Positions 9,101 through 19,171 of a stretch of 32,000 nucleotides of DNA are shown piece by piece. How positions within the stretch are numbered: position 1 is the stretch's first letter; each line of letters opens with the position of its first letter. A model generated the notes under the pieces. That model saw only the letters and a list, made by a program, of their open reading frames with translations, had not been told where the DNA came from and searched no databases. Origin of the DNA: Mycobacterium tuberculosis H37Rv (GTDB taxonomy: Bacteria; Actinomycetota; Actinomycetes; Mycobacteriales; Mycobacteriaceae). The position numbers and the translations under genes are program-made. The stretch spans positions 360,001 to 392,000 of the forward strand of contig NC_000962.3 in NCBI RefSeq assembly GCF_000195955.2, given 5' to 3'.

Positions 9101-12100
9101 ACGCGAAGGATTCGAAGCCGATGATGGGGATAGTGAAATTGTCCACCACGAGGTCGGTGAAACTGCCGGTGATCGGTATGTCGATTGGGATATTGACGTC
9201 CAAGTGCGCCGGAATCTCCGGAATAGTCAGCGCGTAGGAGTAACCGATCAGGCCCTGGTAGTCGCCCCGCCACAAGATGCCGTTGCTGTAGTTGCCGGAG
9301 ATGAAAGCGCCGGTGCTGACGTCGCCCGTATTCGCGATGCCGGTGTTGTAGTTCCCGGTGTTGAAGTGGCCGGTGTTGGTGTTACCCGCGTTGAAGCCGC
9401 CGGTGTTGAAGCTGCCGGTATTGAAATTGCCGGTGTTGAAGTTACCGGGGTTGAAGCCGCCGGTGTTGCCGTCGCCCGAGTTGAACAAGCCCGTGCTGGT
9501 GCTGCCCGAGTTGCCGATGCCGAAGTTTCCGGTGCCGGTGTTGCCGATGCCGAAGTTCCCGGTGCCCGAGTTAAAGAAGCCGATGTTTCCGTCGCCCGAG
9601 TTGAACAAGCCGATGTTTCCGCTGCCCGAGTTCAGAGCGCCGATCCCGATTTGGCCGGTACCGGTGAGCCCGATGCCGATATTGTTGCTGCCGGTGTTGG
9701 CAAAGCCGATATTGTTGCTGCCGGTGTTGGCAACGCCGATGTTGTAGCTGCCTAGGTTGGCAAAGCCCAGGTTGTCGTCGCCGAAGTTTCCGAAGCCGAT
9801 GTTGTAGTTGCCCAGATTCGCCACGCCGACGTCAAAGATCCCGGTGTTGCCGAAGCCGGCGTTATTGCTGCCCAGGTTTGCCAGCCCAAGGTTCAGAGTC
9901 ATCGTGCCCATACCGTCGCGCATGAGACCGGAGGCAAAGGCCGGCGTCACGAGGTCCAACGCGCTCGCGTTGTAGAAACCCGAGACGGTGTGACCCACGT
10001 TAGTCACACCCGACCCCAGCGCACCGACATTGAGATAACCCGAAATCCCTGAGGCGCCGGCGACCACGTTCAAAAAGCCCGACGCGCTGCCCGCTCCGGA
10101 GTTGAAGAAGCCCGACGACGGACTAGTGGTCGAGTTGCCGAAGCCCGATGTCGCGGGAATGTCGATGATCGGGATGGTGATGGAGCCGATACCGGCGCTG
10201 GCGGTGATACCGATCGAGGTGGTGGGTCCGCCCACGGTGATCGCCGCCGTGGGCAAGGTGATATTGATGGTCGGGATGATGATGGGGGTGAAGTCGATAT
10301 TATTTTCGGCAGCTACGATGCTGAAGCCCTGGAGGGTGACGACCCCGGCGTCGATGTTGATGGGTATATGTATCGGGATGTCGACGCCAAAGGTTAGGGC
10401 GATTTCGGGAATCGCTAGCGCCGCGTGCAAGCCAATGAGGCCCTGATAATTTCCACTCCACAAGAACCCGTTGCTGTAGCTGCCGGAGATGAAGGCGCCG
10501 GTGTCAACATCGCCGGTGTTTCCGAGTCCCGTGTTGTAGCTGCCTGGGTTGAAATCCCCGGTGTTGGAATCGCCCGGATTGAAGCTGCCGGTGTTGAAGC
10601 TGCCGGTGTTGCCGATACCGGTATTGACGTCGCCGGAGTTGAAGAAGCCGGTGTTGGTGCTGCCGGTGTTTCCAAGCCCGAAGTTTGCGGTGCCGGTGTT
10701 GCCGATGCCAACGTTTCCGTTGCCCGAGTTGAAAAAGCCGATGTTTCCGCTGCCCGAGTTGAACAAGCCGATGTTTCCGCTGCCAGAATTCAGGGAGCCG
10801 AACCCGATCTGGCCGTCGCCCGTGAGCCCAATGCCGATATTGTTGCTGCCGGTGTTCGCGAACCCGATATTGTTGCTGCCGGTGTTGGCGAAGCCCAGGT
10901 TGTCGTTGCCCAAGTTTCCGAAGCCGACGTTGTAGCTGCCGAGGTTTCCGAAGCCCAGGTTGTCATCGCCGAAGTTTCCGAAGCCGATGTTGTAACTGCC
11001 CAGATTTGCCAAACCGATGTCGAATATTCCGGTGTTTGCGCCGCCGATGTTGTTGCCACCGATATTGGCGCTGCCGAAGTTGGCGCTGCCGAGGTTTGCA
11101 AAGCCGATGTTGTAGTCGCCGAGGTTTGCAATGCCGACGTTGAGGGTGCCGTGGTTTGCCAAGCCCAGGTTGAGGACCATGGTGCCCGTGCTGTCGCGCA
11201 GCAGGCCGGCGATACTGGTGCTGATGTTGGCCAGGCCTGAATTGAAGGCCGGCGTCGCGAGGTCCGACGTGCTGGTGTTGTAGAACCCCGAGACGGTGGT
11301 GCCCACGTTCGCCAGACCTGATCCCAGGGCGCCGACGTTGAGGAGCCCCGACGCCCCCGAGGTCGCGGAGGCCAGGTTCCAAAAGCCCGAATTGGCGCCG
11401 CCGAAGTTGCCGAAGCCCGAGGCGCCGCCGGCGCCGGTATTGAAGAAACCTGACGACGGGTTGGTGGTCGAGTTTCCGAAACCTGGCGCCGCCGGGATAC
11501 TGATGAGCGGGATCCTAATGGCGCCACCGCCAGTTATGGTGATCGCGGTATTCGGCCCTCCTATGGCGACTGTCGTCGTGGGGCCGACAACCGTGATGTT
11601 CGGAATGGTAATGGGGCCAAAGTGGGCTCGCTGGCCCGCTATTGACGAAAGGACGATATCGCCGGTGGGCGGAATCGTGACGCCCATAAGGGTGATGTTG
11701 CCGGCCGAGGCGGTGATCGGGATATCGATGGGAATATTCACGCCGAGGCTTATGGGGAGAGGCATATCGATCACCAGGTTGAGGCCGACCAGGCCCTGGT
11801 AATCGCCGCTTAAGAACAACCCGTTGCTGTAGTTTCCGGTGATGAAAGCCCCGGTGTCAACGTCGCCGGTGTTGGCGATGCCGGTGTTGTAGTTGCCAAT
11901 GTTGAGGTAGCCGGTGTTGGTATTGCCCGGATTGAAGCCACCGGTGTTGAAGCTGCCGGTGTTGAAGCTACCGGTGTTGAAGCTGCCCGGGTTGAAGGCG
12001 CCCGTGTTGACGTCGCCGGAGTTGAATAGGCCGGTATTGGTGTTGCCGGTGTTTCCGATGCCAGTGTTGAAGCTGCCCGAGTTTGCGATGCCGAAGTTGC

Positions 12101-13334
12101 CGCTGCCGGAATTGAAGAATCCGATGTTGTTGCTGCCCGAGTTGAACAGGCCGATGTTTCCGCTGCCCGAGTTGAAGCTGCCGAACCCGATCTGTCCGTT
12201 GCCCGTGAGCCCGATGCCGACATTGTTGCTGCCCGTGTTCCCAAAGCCGACATTGTTGCTGCCGGTGTTCGCAAAGCCGATGTTGCCGCCGCCCGCGTTA
12301 GCGAAACCCAGATTGTCGTTGCCGACGTTGCCGAAGCCGATGTTGTAGCTGCCGAAGTTGCCGAAGCCCAGGTTGTCGTCGCCAAGGTTTCCGAAGCCGA
12401 TGTTGTAGCTGCCCAGGTTCGCCAGGCCGACATCGAAGATTCCGGTGTTCCCGATGCCGACGTTGTTGTGGCCGATGGTGGCGCCGCCGAAGTTAAAGCC
12501 GCCGAGACTTGCGAAGCCCACGTTGAGGTTGCCGTGGTTGGCCAAGCCCAAGTTAATAGCCGCAGTACCCGCGCCGTCGCGCAGCAGGCCGGCAATATTG
12601 GTTCCGATATTTGCCAACCCGGAGTTAACGGCGGGCGTCGAGAGGTCCGACGTGCCCACGTTGTAGATACCCGAGATGGTGTTGCCCACATTCGCCACAC
12701 CCGATCCCAGCGCGCCGACGTTGAGGAAGCCCGACATTCCCGACGTTGTGGAGACCAGGTTCATAAAGCCCGACGCGGCGCCCCCGAAGTTGCCGAAGCC
12801 CGAGGCGCTGCCAGCGCCGCTATTGAAGAAGCCCGACGACAGTCCGCCGGTCGAGTTGCCGAAGCCTGGAGTCGCTGGAATATGGATAATCGGGATGTTG
12901 ATGGCGTCGACGACCACAGTGGCGCCGATATTGATCGCGGTAGTGGGTCCACCCACCATGACCACAGGTGTGGGACCGGTTATCCGTATCACTGGGACGG
13001 TGAAGGGGTCGATATCGACGGGTCCGAAAAAAATAACAGTGACGGCTGTGTTCGGTGGAAGATCGAGCCCGCTGTATACGATGTCCGTGAAGCTGGCGGT
13101 GATCGGTATGTGAATCGGGATATTCACGTCGACGCTCACAATCGGGATTTCGGGAATGTCGACGCCGATGGCGAGGTCGATCAGACCCTGGTTGTCGCCC
13201 CGCCACAGAAGGCCGTTGCTGTGGTTGCCGGAGATGAAAGCGCCGGTGTTGATATTGCCGGTGTTCGCCATGCCGGTGTTGTAAGTCGCCGGTGTTGAAG
13301 TAGCCGGTGTTGTAGTTACCTGCATTGAAGCCAC
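6150..13334 (-). CDS. PPE5: PPE-MPTR protein, distal frame (PPE5/Rv0304c-like). Open frame to 13334; I recall the reference annotation starting it at 12764. Probably the frameshifted C-terminal part of the PPE6 gene
   Basis: 2394-aa ORF made almost entirely of NxGxGNxG/FNxGxxNTG pentapeptide-like repeats with recurrent non-MPTR segments. No PPE N-terminal domain in this frame. Confidence 0.85.
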   Translation of the reverse strand: MASMQVTTTPATSTPATYNTGMANTGNINTGAFISGNHSNGLLWRGDNQGLIDLAIGVDIPEIPIVSVDVNIPIHIPITASFTDIVYSGLDLPPNTAVTVIFFGPVDIDPFTVPVIRITGPTPVVMVGGPTTAINIGATVVVDAINIPIIHIPATPGFGNSTGGLSSGFFNSGAGSASGFGNFGGAASGFMNLVSTTSGMSGFLNVGALGSGVANVGNTISGIYNVGTSDLSTPAVNSGLANIGTNIAGLLRDGAGTAAINLGLANHGNLNVGFASLGGFNFGGATIGHNNVGIGNTGIFDVGLANLGSYNIGFGNLGDDNLGFGNFGSYNIGFGNVGNDNLGFANAGGGNIGFANTGSNNVGFGNTGSNNVGIGLTGNGQIGFGSFNSGSGNIGLFNSGSNNIGFFNSGSGNFGIANSGSFNTGIGNTGNTNTGLFNSGDVNTGAFNPGSFNTGSFNTGSFNTGGFNPGNTNTGYLNIGNYNTGIANTGDVDTGAFITGNYSNGLFLSGDYQGLVGLNLVIDMPLPISLGVNIPIDIPITASAGNITLMGVTIPPTGDIVLSSIAGQRAHFGPITIPNITVVGPTTTVAIGGPNTAITITGGGAIRIPLISIPAAPGFGNSTTNPSSGFFNTGAGGASGFGNFGGANSGFWNLASATSGASGLLNVGALGSGLANVGTTVSGFYNTSTSDLATPAFNSGLANISTSIAGLLRDSTGTMVLNLGLANHGTLNVGIANLGDYNIGFANLGSANFGSANIGGNNIGGANTGIFDIGLANLGSYNIGFGNFGDDNLGFGNLGSYNVGFGNLGNDNLGFANTGSNNIGFANTGSNNIGIGLTGDGQIGFGSLNSGSGNIGLFNSGSGNIGFFNSGNGNVGIGNTGTANFGLGNTGSTNTGFFNSGDVNTGIGNTGSFNTGSFNPGDSNTGDFNPGSYNTGLGNTGDVDTGAFISGSYSNGFLWSGNYQGLIGLHAALAIPEIALTFGVDIPIHIPINIDAGVVTLQGFSIVAAENNIDFTPIIIPTINITLPTAAITVGGPTTSIGITASAGIGSITIPIIDIPATSGFGNSTTSPSSGFFNSGAGSASGFLNVVAGASGISGYLNVGALGSGVTNVGHTVSGFYNASALDLVTPAFASGLMRDGMGTMTLNLGLANLGSNNAGFGNTGIFDVGVANLGNYNIGFGNFGDDNLGFANLGSYNIGVANTGSNNIGFANTGSNNIGIGLTGTGQIGIGALNSGSGNIGLFNSGDGNIGFFNSGTGNFGIGNTGTGNFGIGNSGSTSTGLFNSGDGNTGGFNPGNFNTGNFNTGSFNTGGFNAGNTNTGHFNTGNYNTGIANTGDVSTGAFISGNYSNGILWRGDYQGLIGYSYALTIPEIPAHLDVNIPIDIPITGSFTDLVVDNFTIPIIGFESFAFSFHIHTEPDIGPIIVPSFVLSVPTFAIAVGGPTTAINISATAGLGPITIPIIDIPAAPGIGNSTTSPSSGFFNTGAGTASGFGNVGGNTSGLWNLASAASGVSGLLNVGALGSGVANVGNTISGIYNTSPLDLGTPAFGSGLANIAGLLQGGAGTTILDLAGLGNLNVGLANLGGSNFGIGNTGIFNVGFANVGNHNIGLANLGNYSVGFANSGNYHIGIANTGSANIGFANTGSGNIGIGLTGTGQIGFGSFNSGSHNIGLFNSGDGNVGFFNSGTGNVGIGNTGTANFGIANSGSFNTGLGNTGSTNTGLFNPGNVNTGVGNTGSINTGSINTGSFNTGSTNTGSFNLGDHNTGSFNSGDYNTGYFNAGDYNTGVANTGNVNTGAFISGNYSNGFFWRGDYQGLIGLSTTITIPEIPYRYDLSVPIDIPITGTVVATTPNSFTIPGFQIRVLLGPAAVLVNEMIGPITIDVNQVIAIDSPIQQTISMVGTGGFGPIPIGISIGGTPGFGNSTTGPSSGFFHTGAGHVSGFGNFGAGNMSGSGNFGAGNSGFFNAGGLGNSGLLNFGALQSGLANLGNTISGVYNTSTLDLATPAFGSGIANIGANLAGLFLDNTGNLTLNFGVANQGGLNAGIGNLGSVNIGFVNTGDSNLGIGNLGDLNFGGVNIGGNNIGIANTGIFDIGLANLGSYNIGLANLGDDNLGFGNAGSYNIGFANFGSDNLGFANTGSYNIGFANTGNNNIGVGLTGNGQIGIGSLNSGSNNIGLFNSGSGNIGFFNSGTGNVGIFNTGTGNFGLANSGGFNTGIGNAGSTNTGVFNPGDLNTGSFNPGSFNTGGFNPGSGNTGYLNTGDYNTGVANTGDVDTGAFITGSYSNGFLVSGDYQGLIGLPLLGIPVTPGYFNLTGGPSSGFFNSGAGSVSGFVNSGAGLSGYLNTGALGSGVANVGNTISGWLNASALDLATPGFLSGIGNFGTNLAGFFRG

Positions 13335-15120
13335 CGGTGTTGACGCTGCCGGTGTTGACGCTGCCGGTGTTATAGCTGCCCGGGTTCAAGCTACCCGTGT
13401 TGAGGTCTCCGGAGTTGAACAAGCCCGTGTTGGTGCTGCCCGCGTTCCCGATGCCGAAGTTTCCGGCGCCCGAGTTTCCGATGCCCCAGTTTCCGGTGCC
13501 CGCGTTTCCTATCCCGAAGTTTCCGCTGCCCGAGTTGAACAATCCGATGTTTCCGTCACCCGAGTTGAACAAGCCGATATTGTGGCTGCCCGAGTTCAGG
13601 CTGCCGAACCCGATCTGGCCGCTGCCGGTGAGCCCGATCCCGATATTGTTGCTGCCGATATTCGCAAAACCGATATTGTTGTCACCCGTGTTCGCGAAGC
13701 CAAGATTATTGCTGCCGGTGTTCGCAAAGCCGATGTTGTAGCTGCCCGCGTGGGCGAAGCCCAGGTTGTCGCCGCCTAGATTGCCGAAGCCAATATTGTA
13801 GTCGCCCAGGTTTGCCAAGCCCACATTGAAGATTCCGGCGTTTGCACCGCCGACATTGTTGCCGCCGACGTTTGCCAACCCGAAGTTAAGGGTCATGGTG
13901 CCCACGCTGTGGTGCAGCAGGCCGGAGTTAAAGGCTGGCGTCGCCAGATTCGACGTGCTCGTGTTGTAGAGACCCGAGATGGTGTTGCCAACGTTAGCTA
14001 CACCCGATCCCAGCGCGCCGACGTTCCCGAAGCCCGAAAGTCCCGAGGTTGCCGAGGCCAGGTTCCAAAAGCCCGAAGCGCCGCCGCCGAAGTTGCCGAA
14101 GCCCGAGGCGGTGCCGGCGCCAGCGTTGAAGAAGCCCGACGACGGGCTGGTGGTCGAGTTCCCGAAGCCCGGGGCCGCCGGAATCTTGATGAGCGGGATG
14201 CTGACGCCCCCCACCATGCCGGTGAGGTTGCCGTCGATCGTGGTGGTTGGTCCGCCCACGGTGATCGTCACCGTGGGAAGGGTGAGCGTGGATTGCGGGA
14301 GCTCGACCGGGCCGTAGTAAACAACGAAGGGAACAATGGATGTGAAGGGCAAACGCATGCCCGGAATCGTCATCACGCTTCCGGGCATGACCATCACCTG
14401 ATGTATCGGCATGCTGAATAGCTGCGCGTTTATCGGAATGGCGGGAATCTCGAGGGCGATATCGGCACCGATCAGGCCTTGGTAGTCGCCCCGCCACAAG
14501 ACGCCGTTGCTGTAGTTGCCGGCGATGAAGGCGCCGGTGTTGACGTTGCCGGTGTTGGCCACTCCAGTGTTGTAGTCGCCGGTGTTGAAGTAGCCGGTGT
14601 TGTAGTTACCTGCGTTGAAGCTGCCGGTGTTGTAGTTGCCGGTGTTGAAGTTCCCGGTGTTGTAGCTGCCCGGGTTGAAGCCGCCGGTGTTGACGTCGCC
14701 GGTGTTGAACCAGCCGGTGTTGGTGCTGCCCGTGTTGCCGAGGCCGAAGTTTCCGGTGCCGCTGTTTCCGATGCCGAAATTGCCGGTGCCCGAGTTGAAC
14801 AACCCGACGTTTCCGCTGCCGGAGTTGAACAGGCCGATGTTGTGGCTGCCCGAGTTGAAGCTGCCGAACCCGATCTGTCCGTTGCCGGTGAGCCCGATGC
14901 CGACATTGTTGCTGCCCGTATTCCCAAAGCCGACATTGTTGCTGCCGGTGTTCGCAAAGCCGATGTTGTGGCCGCCCAGGTTGGCCAAACCCAGGTTGTC
15001 GCTGCCCAGGTTTGCAAAGCCGAGGTTGTAGCTGCCCAAATTGCCGAAGCCGACGTTGAACACGCCGACGTTTCCGTTGCCCACGTTGTTGGCGCCGACG
15101 TTTGCCAAGCCGAGATTGAA
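6400..15120 (-). repeat. MPTR tandem repeats (degenerate ~15-bp units encoding NxGxG) with a superimposed ~1.2-1.4 kb higher-order module present about seven times
   Basis: Recurring landmark 'GAFI(S/T/A)G(N/S)xSNG(x)(L/F)xxG(D/N)xQGL(I/V)' near + strand positions ~6480, ~7920, ~9285, ~10475, ~11825, ~13215 and ~14505. Confidence 0.85.
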
Positions 15121-15711
15121 GCCCGCCGCGCTCGGGGGGCCGGCAGCGGCTGCCGCGGCGCTGGTCAGCCGCTCCGATAGGCCCGCCAGCTTCTTCAGCT
15201 GCTGGGTGAACGGCATCAACGCGGAGACGGCCGCCGACGCTCCAGCGTGATAGCCAACCATCGCGGCCACATCCTGGGCCCACATCCGCTCATAGGCGGC
15301 CTCGGTGGCCGCGATCGCCGGAGCGTTGAATCCCAGCAGATTCGAGCTCACCAGCGACACCAGCACGGCGCGGTTGGCCGCGACGATCGCCGGATGCACC
15401 GTCGCTGCCCGCGCCGCCTCGAACGTGGCCACGGCTACCCGTGCCTGAGCGGCGGCCTGCTCAGCCTGGGCCGTTGCCGAAATCAACCAGCCCAGGTAGG
15501 GGGCTACCGCGCGCGCCATCGCAACCGCCGCGGGGCCGCGCCACGCCGCATCCGCCAGGCCCGAGGTCACCGACCCAAACCACGACGCCGCCACCGCCAG
15601 TTCGTCGGCTAGTCCGTCCCAGGCCGCCGCGGCCGCCAACATCGGCCCCGATCCGGCCCCGAGATACATCCGTAACGAATTGACCTCGGGCGCCGACACC
15701 ACGAAATCCAT
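12820..15711 (-). CDS. PPE6: PPE-MPTR protein, proximal frame (PPE6/Rv0305c-like, 963 aa)
   Basis: N-terminal PPE domain [59 protein letters not shown]... followed by MPTR repeats. After ...[10 protein letters not shown] the reading becomes non-repeat, [16 protein letters not shown].., which diagnoses a frameshift. Confidence 0.9.
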   Translation of the reverse strand: MDFVVSAPEVNSLRMYLGAGSGPMLAAAAAWDGLADELAVAASWFGSVTSGLADAAWRGPAAVAMARAVAPYLGWLISATAQAEQAAAQARVAVATFEAARAATVHPAIVAANRAVLVSLVSSNLLGFNAPAIAATEAAYERMWAQDVAAMVGYHAGASAAVSALMPFTQQLKKLAGLSERLTSAAAAAAGPPSAAGFNLGLANVGANNVGNGNVGVFNVGFGNLGSYNLGFANLGSDNLGLANLGGHNIGFANTGSNNVGFGNTGSNNVGIGLTGNGQIGFGSFNSGSHNIGLFNSGSGNVGLFNSGTGNFGIGNSGTGNFGLGNTGSTNTGWFNTGDVNTGGFNPGSYNTGNFNTGNYNTGSFNAGNYNTGYFNTGDYNTGVANTGNVNTGAFIAGNYSNGVLWRGDYQGLIGADIALEIPAIPINAQLFSMPIHQVMVMPGSVMTIPGMRLPFTSIVPFVVYYGPVELPQSTLTLPTVTITVGGPTTTIDGNLTGMVGGVSIPLIKIPAAPGFGNSTTSPSSGFFNAGAGTASGFGNFGGGASGFWNLASATSGLSGFGNVGALGSGVANVGNTISGLYNTSTSNLATPAFNSGLLHHSVGTMTLNFGLANVGGNNVGGANAGIFNVGLANLGDYNIGFGNLGGDNLGFAHAGSYNIGFANTGSNNLGFANTGDNNIGFANIGSNNIGIGLTGSGQIGFGSLNSGSHNIGLFNSGDGNIGLFNSGSGNFGIGNAGTGNWGIGNSGAGNFGIGNAGSTNTGLFNSGDLNTGSLNPGSYNTGSVNTGSVNTGGFNAGNYNTGYFNTGDLQHRHGEHRQYQHRRFHLRQPQQRPSVAGRQPGSDRPRHRRRHSRNPDCERRREYPDSHTDHRQLHGHRIQRARSSTEHSRHCYFFRTRRYRPLHRPSDTDNRSHTCGHGGWTHYRDQYRRHCGRRRHQHPDYPYSSDSRLRQLDRRTVVGLLQ

Positions 15712-15913
15712 CCGTCATACCCGTTCGTCAGCTGGCCGTCGGAGGTACGTTCAGGCTAATCAATCGTCTACTACTCGACTAGCCCGTGAACGGGTGAAAA
15801 ATGCTAGGACATTCACGTATTGGCCCGAGTGGGGCTGGTCGAGTATCAGGGGAAGCTTTATGGGGCAAAGTCAAGTTTGTGGTTCGTCGTATCGGGGCGA
15901 TCCAACCGAGCAC

Positions 15914-16585
15914 ATGTTTAGTGCACCAGAACGACGGGCCGTGTATCGGGTGATCGCCGAACGCCGAGACATGCGCCGGTTCGTGCCCGGCGGTGTGGTG
16001 TCCGAGGATGTGCTGGCGCGGCTGTTGCACGCCGCACACGCCGCGCCCAGCGTCGGTCTGATGCAGCCATGGCGCTTTATCCGCATCACCGACGAGACAC
16101 TCAAGCGACGCATCCACGCGCTCGTCGACGACGAACGCCTACTCACCGCCGAAGCCCTGGGAGCACGGGAAGAAGAATTCCTGGCGCTGAAGGTCGAGGG
16201 CATTCTCGACTGCGCCGAGCTGCTGGTGGTGGCGCTGTGCGACCGCAGAGGGTCCTACATCTTCGGCCGGCGCACCCTGCCCCAGATGGATCTGGCGTCG
16301 GTGTCGTGCGCCATCCAAAACCTGTGGCTGGCAGCGCGGTCCGAAGGCCTGGGCATGGGATGGGTGTCGCTGTTCGACCCACAACGTTTAGCGGCCCTGC
16401 TGGCGATGCCCGCCGACGCCGAACCGGTGGCCATCTTGTGCCTGGGGCCGGTGCCCGAGTTTCCGGACCGGCCCGCGCTGGAACTGGATGGCTGGGCCTA
16501 CGCGCGGCCACTCGCGGAATTCGTCTCCGAAAACCGATGGAGTTATCCGTCGGCGCTGGCCACAGATCACCATCACGGCGAATAG
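15914..16585 (+). CDS. Nitroreductase/BluB-family flavoprotein, candidate 5,6-dimethylbenzimidazole synthase (Rv0306-like, 223 aa)
   Basis: MFSAPERRAVYRVIAERRDMRRFVPGGVVSEDVLARLLHAAHAAPSVGLMQPWRFIRI...QNLWLAARSEGLGMGWVSLF matches the BluB family pattern. The ORF is open upstream to 15680, but the family start fits ATG 15914. Confidence 0.85.
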   Translation: MFSAPERRAVYRVIAERRDMRRFVPGGVVSEDVLARLLHAAHAAPSVGLMQPWRFIRITDETLKRRIHALVDDERLLTAEALGAREEEFLALKVEGILDCAELLVVALCDRRGSYIFGRRTLPQMDLASVSCAIQNLWLAARSEGLGMGWVSLFDPQRLAALLAMPADAEPVAILCLGPVPEFPDRPALELDGWAYARPLAEFVSENRWSYPSALATDHHHGE

Positions 16586-17055
16586 GTCACGCCGACCGCG
16601 AGGTTGACGTATTCGGCCGGCACGTCAAAGGCCAGCGATCGCCGCGGCAAGCGGCTCAACACATCTTCACCGATAGTGGCCTTGAAGTGCAGCGCGAGCT
16701 GGCCGCTGAACTTCGGGTCGACATCGGCGACATCGAGATCGAGTTGCAGACCCGTCGGCGAGATTTCGGCGGTTGCGGCACCGGCCTGCGGCCCGTCCCA
16801 GCGCGCGTCGACGACCCGGCCGGCTAGCTTCGGCACCATCGACAGGGTTCCCAGCACCCGCTGTTCGGTGAACGCCAGCGCACCCACGTAGCTGGCGATG
16901 CTGTGCGATGCCCGCAGCCCCGGGATAACGCCGGTGAACCGCCTGGTGACGGCCACGTATTCGGCAAGGTAGATGAGTCCCTCAGCCTCAACCTGACAGC
17001 GTAGGTCAGCAGGCAGCCTGCCGAGACCAAACCACTTGCGAACAATGACAGCCAT
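16573..17055 (-). CDS. Conserved protein, DUF2505-like (Rv0307c-like, 160 aa). Overlaps the 3' end of the BluB gene convergently
   Basis: Reverse ORF to 17250; ATG at 17055 gives MAVIVRKWFGLGRLPADLRCQVEAEG... and 160 aa. Confidence 0.6.
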   Translation of the reverse strand: MAVIVRKWFGLGRLPADLRCQVEAEGLIYLAEYVAVTRRFTGVIPGLRASHSIASYVGALAFTEQRVLGTLSMVPKLAGRVVDARWDGPQAGAATAEISPTGLQLDLDVADVDPKFSGQLALHFKATIGEDVLSRLPRRSLAFDVPAEYVNLAVGVTYSP

Positions 17056-17112
17056 GAGGCCAGTATGGAGTCGTTTTGTCGGTGCCGCACCGATGCTGGT
17101 AGGAGTTAGAGC

Positions 17113-17829
17113 ATGACTCGCCCGCAAGCGCTTCTCGCTGTTTCGCTCGCTTTTGTCGCAACCGCGGTGTATGCCGTCATGTGGGTGGGGCACTCCCAGG
17201 ATTGGGGTTGGCTGCATAGTTTCGATTGGTCGTTGTTGAACGCAGCGCACGACATCGGGATAAAGAACCCTGCGTGGGTGCGCTTCTGGGATGGTGTATC
17301 CCTGATCTTGGGCCCAGTCGTGCTGCGGCCGCTGGGTTTGCTGGCCGCGATGGTCGCACTGGCGAAGCGCAAGATACGGATAGCGTTGTTGCTGTTGGCC
17401 TGTTTACCGCTCAACGCGATCATGACGATCGCGGCCAAATCCGTGGCCCACCGCCCGCGACCGGCGACTGCGCTGGTATCTGCCCATTCGACTTCGTTTC
17501 CGTCAGGGCATGCGTTGGAGGCGACCGCAAGCGTACTCGCGCTGCTAACCGTCCTGTTGCCCATGCTGCACAGCAGGTTTACTCGGCACATCGCCATCAC
17601 GGTGGGCGCGCTGTGCGTGTTGACGGTCGGTGTTGCCAGGGTGGCGTTGAACGTGCATCATCCGACCGACGTTGTTGCCGGCTGGGCGCTGGGGTACCTG
17701 TATTTCCTCGTGTGCCTGTGCGTATTTCGACCGCCGTCGATATTCGGTGCCCAACGCGCGTCTCATGCTTTGTCGCCGCCAGTGGAGGTGTCGAGACAAC
17801 CCGAACCGGAAGTCGACACGGCCCGCTAA
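17113..17829 (+). CDS. PAP2/phosphatidic-acid-phosphatase-type membrane protein (Rv0308-like, 238 aa)
   Basis: KSVAHRPRPATALVSAHSTSFPSGHALEAT...RVALNVHHPTDVVAGWALG contains the three-part PAP2 motif (KxxxxxxRP, PSGH, SRxxxxxHxxxD-like) plus several hydrophobic helices. Confidence 0.9.
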   Translation: MTRPQALLAVSLAFVATAVYAVMWVGHSQDWGWLHSFDWSLLNAAHDIGIKNPAWVRFWDGVSLILGPVVLRPLGLLAAMVALAKRKIRIALLLLACLPLNAIMTIAAKSVAHRPRPATALVSAHSTSFPSGHALEATASVLALLTVLLPMLHSRFTRHIAITVGALCVLTVGVARVALNVHHPTDVVAGWALGYLYFLVCLCVFRPPSIFGAQRASHALSPPVEVSRQPEPEVDTAR

Positions 17830-17930
17830 AGCCATGGTGCGCTGTGCATTTCGCTTTGTCACCGCACAGTGACCCAGCCGGATTCTAACCTTGACTTGAC
17901 CACACGAGGTGATTGTCTGACGATTGAGCG

Positions 17931-18587
17931 ATGAGCCGACTCCTAGCTTTGCTGTGCGCTGCGGTATGCACGGGCTGCGTTGCTGTGGTTCTCGCGCCAG
18001 TGAGCCTGGCCGTCGTCAACCCGTGGTTCGCGAACTCGGTCGGCAATGCCACTCAGGTGGTTTCGGTGGTGGGAACCGGCGGTTCGACGGCCAAGATGGA
18101 TGTCTACCAACGCACCGCCGCCGGCTGGCAGCCGCTCAAGACCGGTATCACCACCCATATCGGTTCGGCGGGCATGGCGCCGGAAGCCAAGAGCGGATAT
18201 CCGGCCACTCCGATGGGGGTTTACAGCCTGGACTCCGCTTTTGGCACCGCGCCGAATCCCGGTGGCGGGTTGCCGTATACCCAAGTCGGACCCAATCACT
18301 GGTGGAGTGGCGACGACAATAGCCCCACCTTTAACTCCATGCAGGTCTGTCAGAAGTCCCAGTGCCCGTTCAGCACGGCCGACAGCGAGAACCTGCAAAT
18401 CCCGCAGTACAAGCATTCGGTCGTGATGGGCGTCAACAAGGCCAAGGTCCCAGGCAAAGGCTCCGCGTTCTTCTTTCACACCACCGACGGCGGGCCCACC
18501 GCGGGTTGTGTGGCGATCGACGATGCCACGCTGGTGCAGATCATCCGTTGGCTGCGGCCTGGTGCGGTGATCGCGATCGCCAAGTAA
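17931..18587 (+). CDS. Exported L,D-transpeptidase-like (YkuD-related) protein (Rv0309-like, 218 aa)
   Basis: N-terminal signal/TM segment MSRLLALLCAAVCTGCVAVVLAPVSLAVV. C-terminal FFFHTTDGGPTAGCVAIDDATLVQIIRWLRPGAVIAIAK resembles a divergent YkuD catalytic motif. Confidence 0.75.
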   Translation: MSRLLALLCAAVCTGCVAVVLAPVSLAVVNPWFANSVGNATQVVSVVGTGGSTAKMDVYQRTAAGWQPLKTGITTHIGSAGMAPEAKSGYPATPMGVYSLDSAFGTAPNPGGGLPYTQVGPNHWWSGDDNSPTFNSMQVCQKSQCPFSTADSENLQIPQYKHSVVMGVNKAKVPGKGSAFFFHTTDGGPTAGCVAIDDATLVQIIRWLRPGAVIAIAK

Positions 18588-18656
18588 CCCCGGACCTCGA
18601 TTGTGAACTGTGCGACGGGTTTTCGGCGTGTTGCGTCGTGAGATTCACGTTCGGCG

Positions 18657-19148
18657 TCAATCGGCCAGCGCGCGGCCCGGCCTGATGTTGAAGTTAAGGC
18701 CCGCCAACGACATGGTCGCCTCGTAGGTTCGGTCGTAGCCGGTGGCGCTGATCCGCCAGCCGTCGGTGGTTCGTCGGTACTGGTCGTGGTAGAACGCGGC
18801 GCCGATGAGCATGAAATTGAACTCGGCGACGATGACCCGGTCTTGCAGGTACCAGATGCCGGTTGCGGTATCGCCGGTCACGGTGATTTCCGGATGGGTG
18901 ACCCGGTGTTCGGTGATGACACCCGGGCCGAGTGCCTGGCGCAGGTAGTCGACCAGGTCGGCGCGGTTGGTGAAGTGCAGCTCCGTACCGACCGATGACC
19001 CGTAATCGCCGGTGACATCCTCGGCCAGGGTGTCGGTGAAGTCGTCCCAATGCTTGGTGTCCAATGCCCGCAGATACCGGTATTTGAGCTGTTTGATCGC
19101 TGCAATGTCGGCTGGATCACCCGGAGTCACCACGCCATTGCAGCACAC
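18657..19148 (-). CDS. SnoaL/NTF2-like protein (Rv0310c-like, 163 aa; GTG start at 19148 or 19133)
   Basis: IAAIKQLKYRYLRALDTKHWDDFTDTLAEDVTGDYG...HRVTHPEITVTGDTATGIWYLQDRV...YHDQYRRTTDGWRI is the SnoaL_4-like pattern. Confidence 0.8.
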   Translation of the reverse strand: MCCNGVVTPGDPADIAAIKQLKYRYLRALDTKHWDDFTDTLAEDVTGDYGSSVGTELHFTNRADLVDYLRQALGPGVITEHRVTHPEITVTGDTATGIWYLQDRVIVAEFNFMLIGAAFYHDQYRRTTDGWRISATGYDRTYEATMSLAGLNFNIRPGRALAD

Positions 19149-19171
19149 CGGCTCACGGGTAGCTTTGGGGT

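Noticed and set aside
6400-15120. Numerous ORFs of 60-300 aa antisense or shifted inside the PPE-MPTR locus (e.g. 7515-8801 plus, 12468-13298 plus, 11810-12700 minus).
   Set aside because: The periodic high-GC repeat leaves other frames open. Products are reiterated 'VGVADVDVA' or 'STRAAST' strings that simply mirror the MPTR codons.
6400-15120. Possible CRISPR-like array because of regular short repeats.
   Set aside because: Repeats are in-frame protein-coding MPTR units with no unique spacers and no cas genes nearby.
15712-15913. Possible cobalamin riboswitch upstream of the BluB-like gene.
   Set aside because: I could not see a convincing B12-box sequence by eye. Left only as a check to run with a covariance model, not called as a feature.
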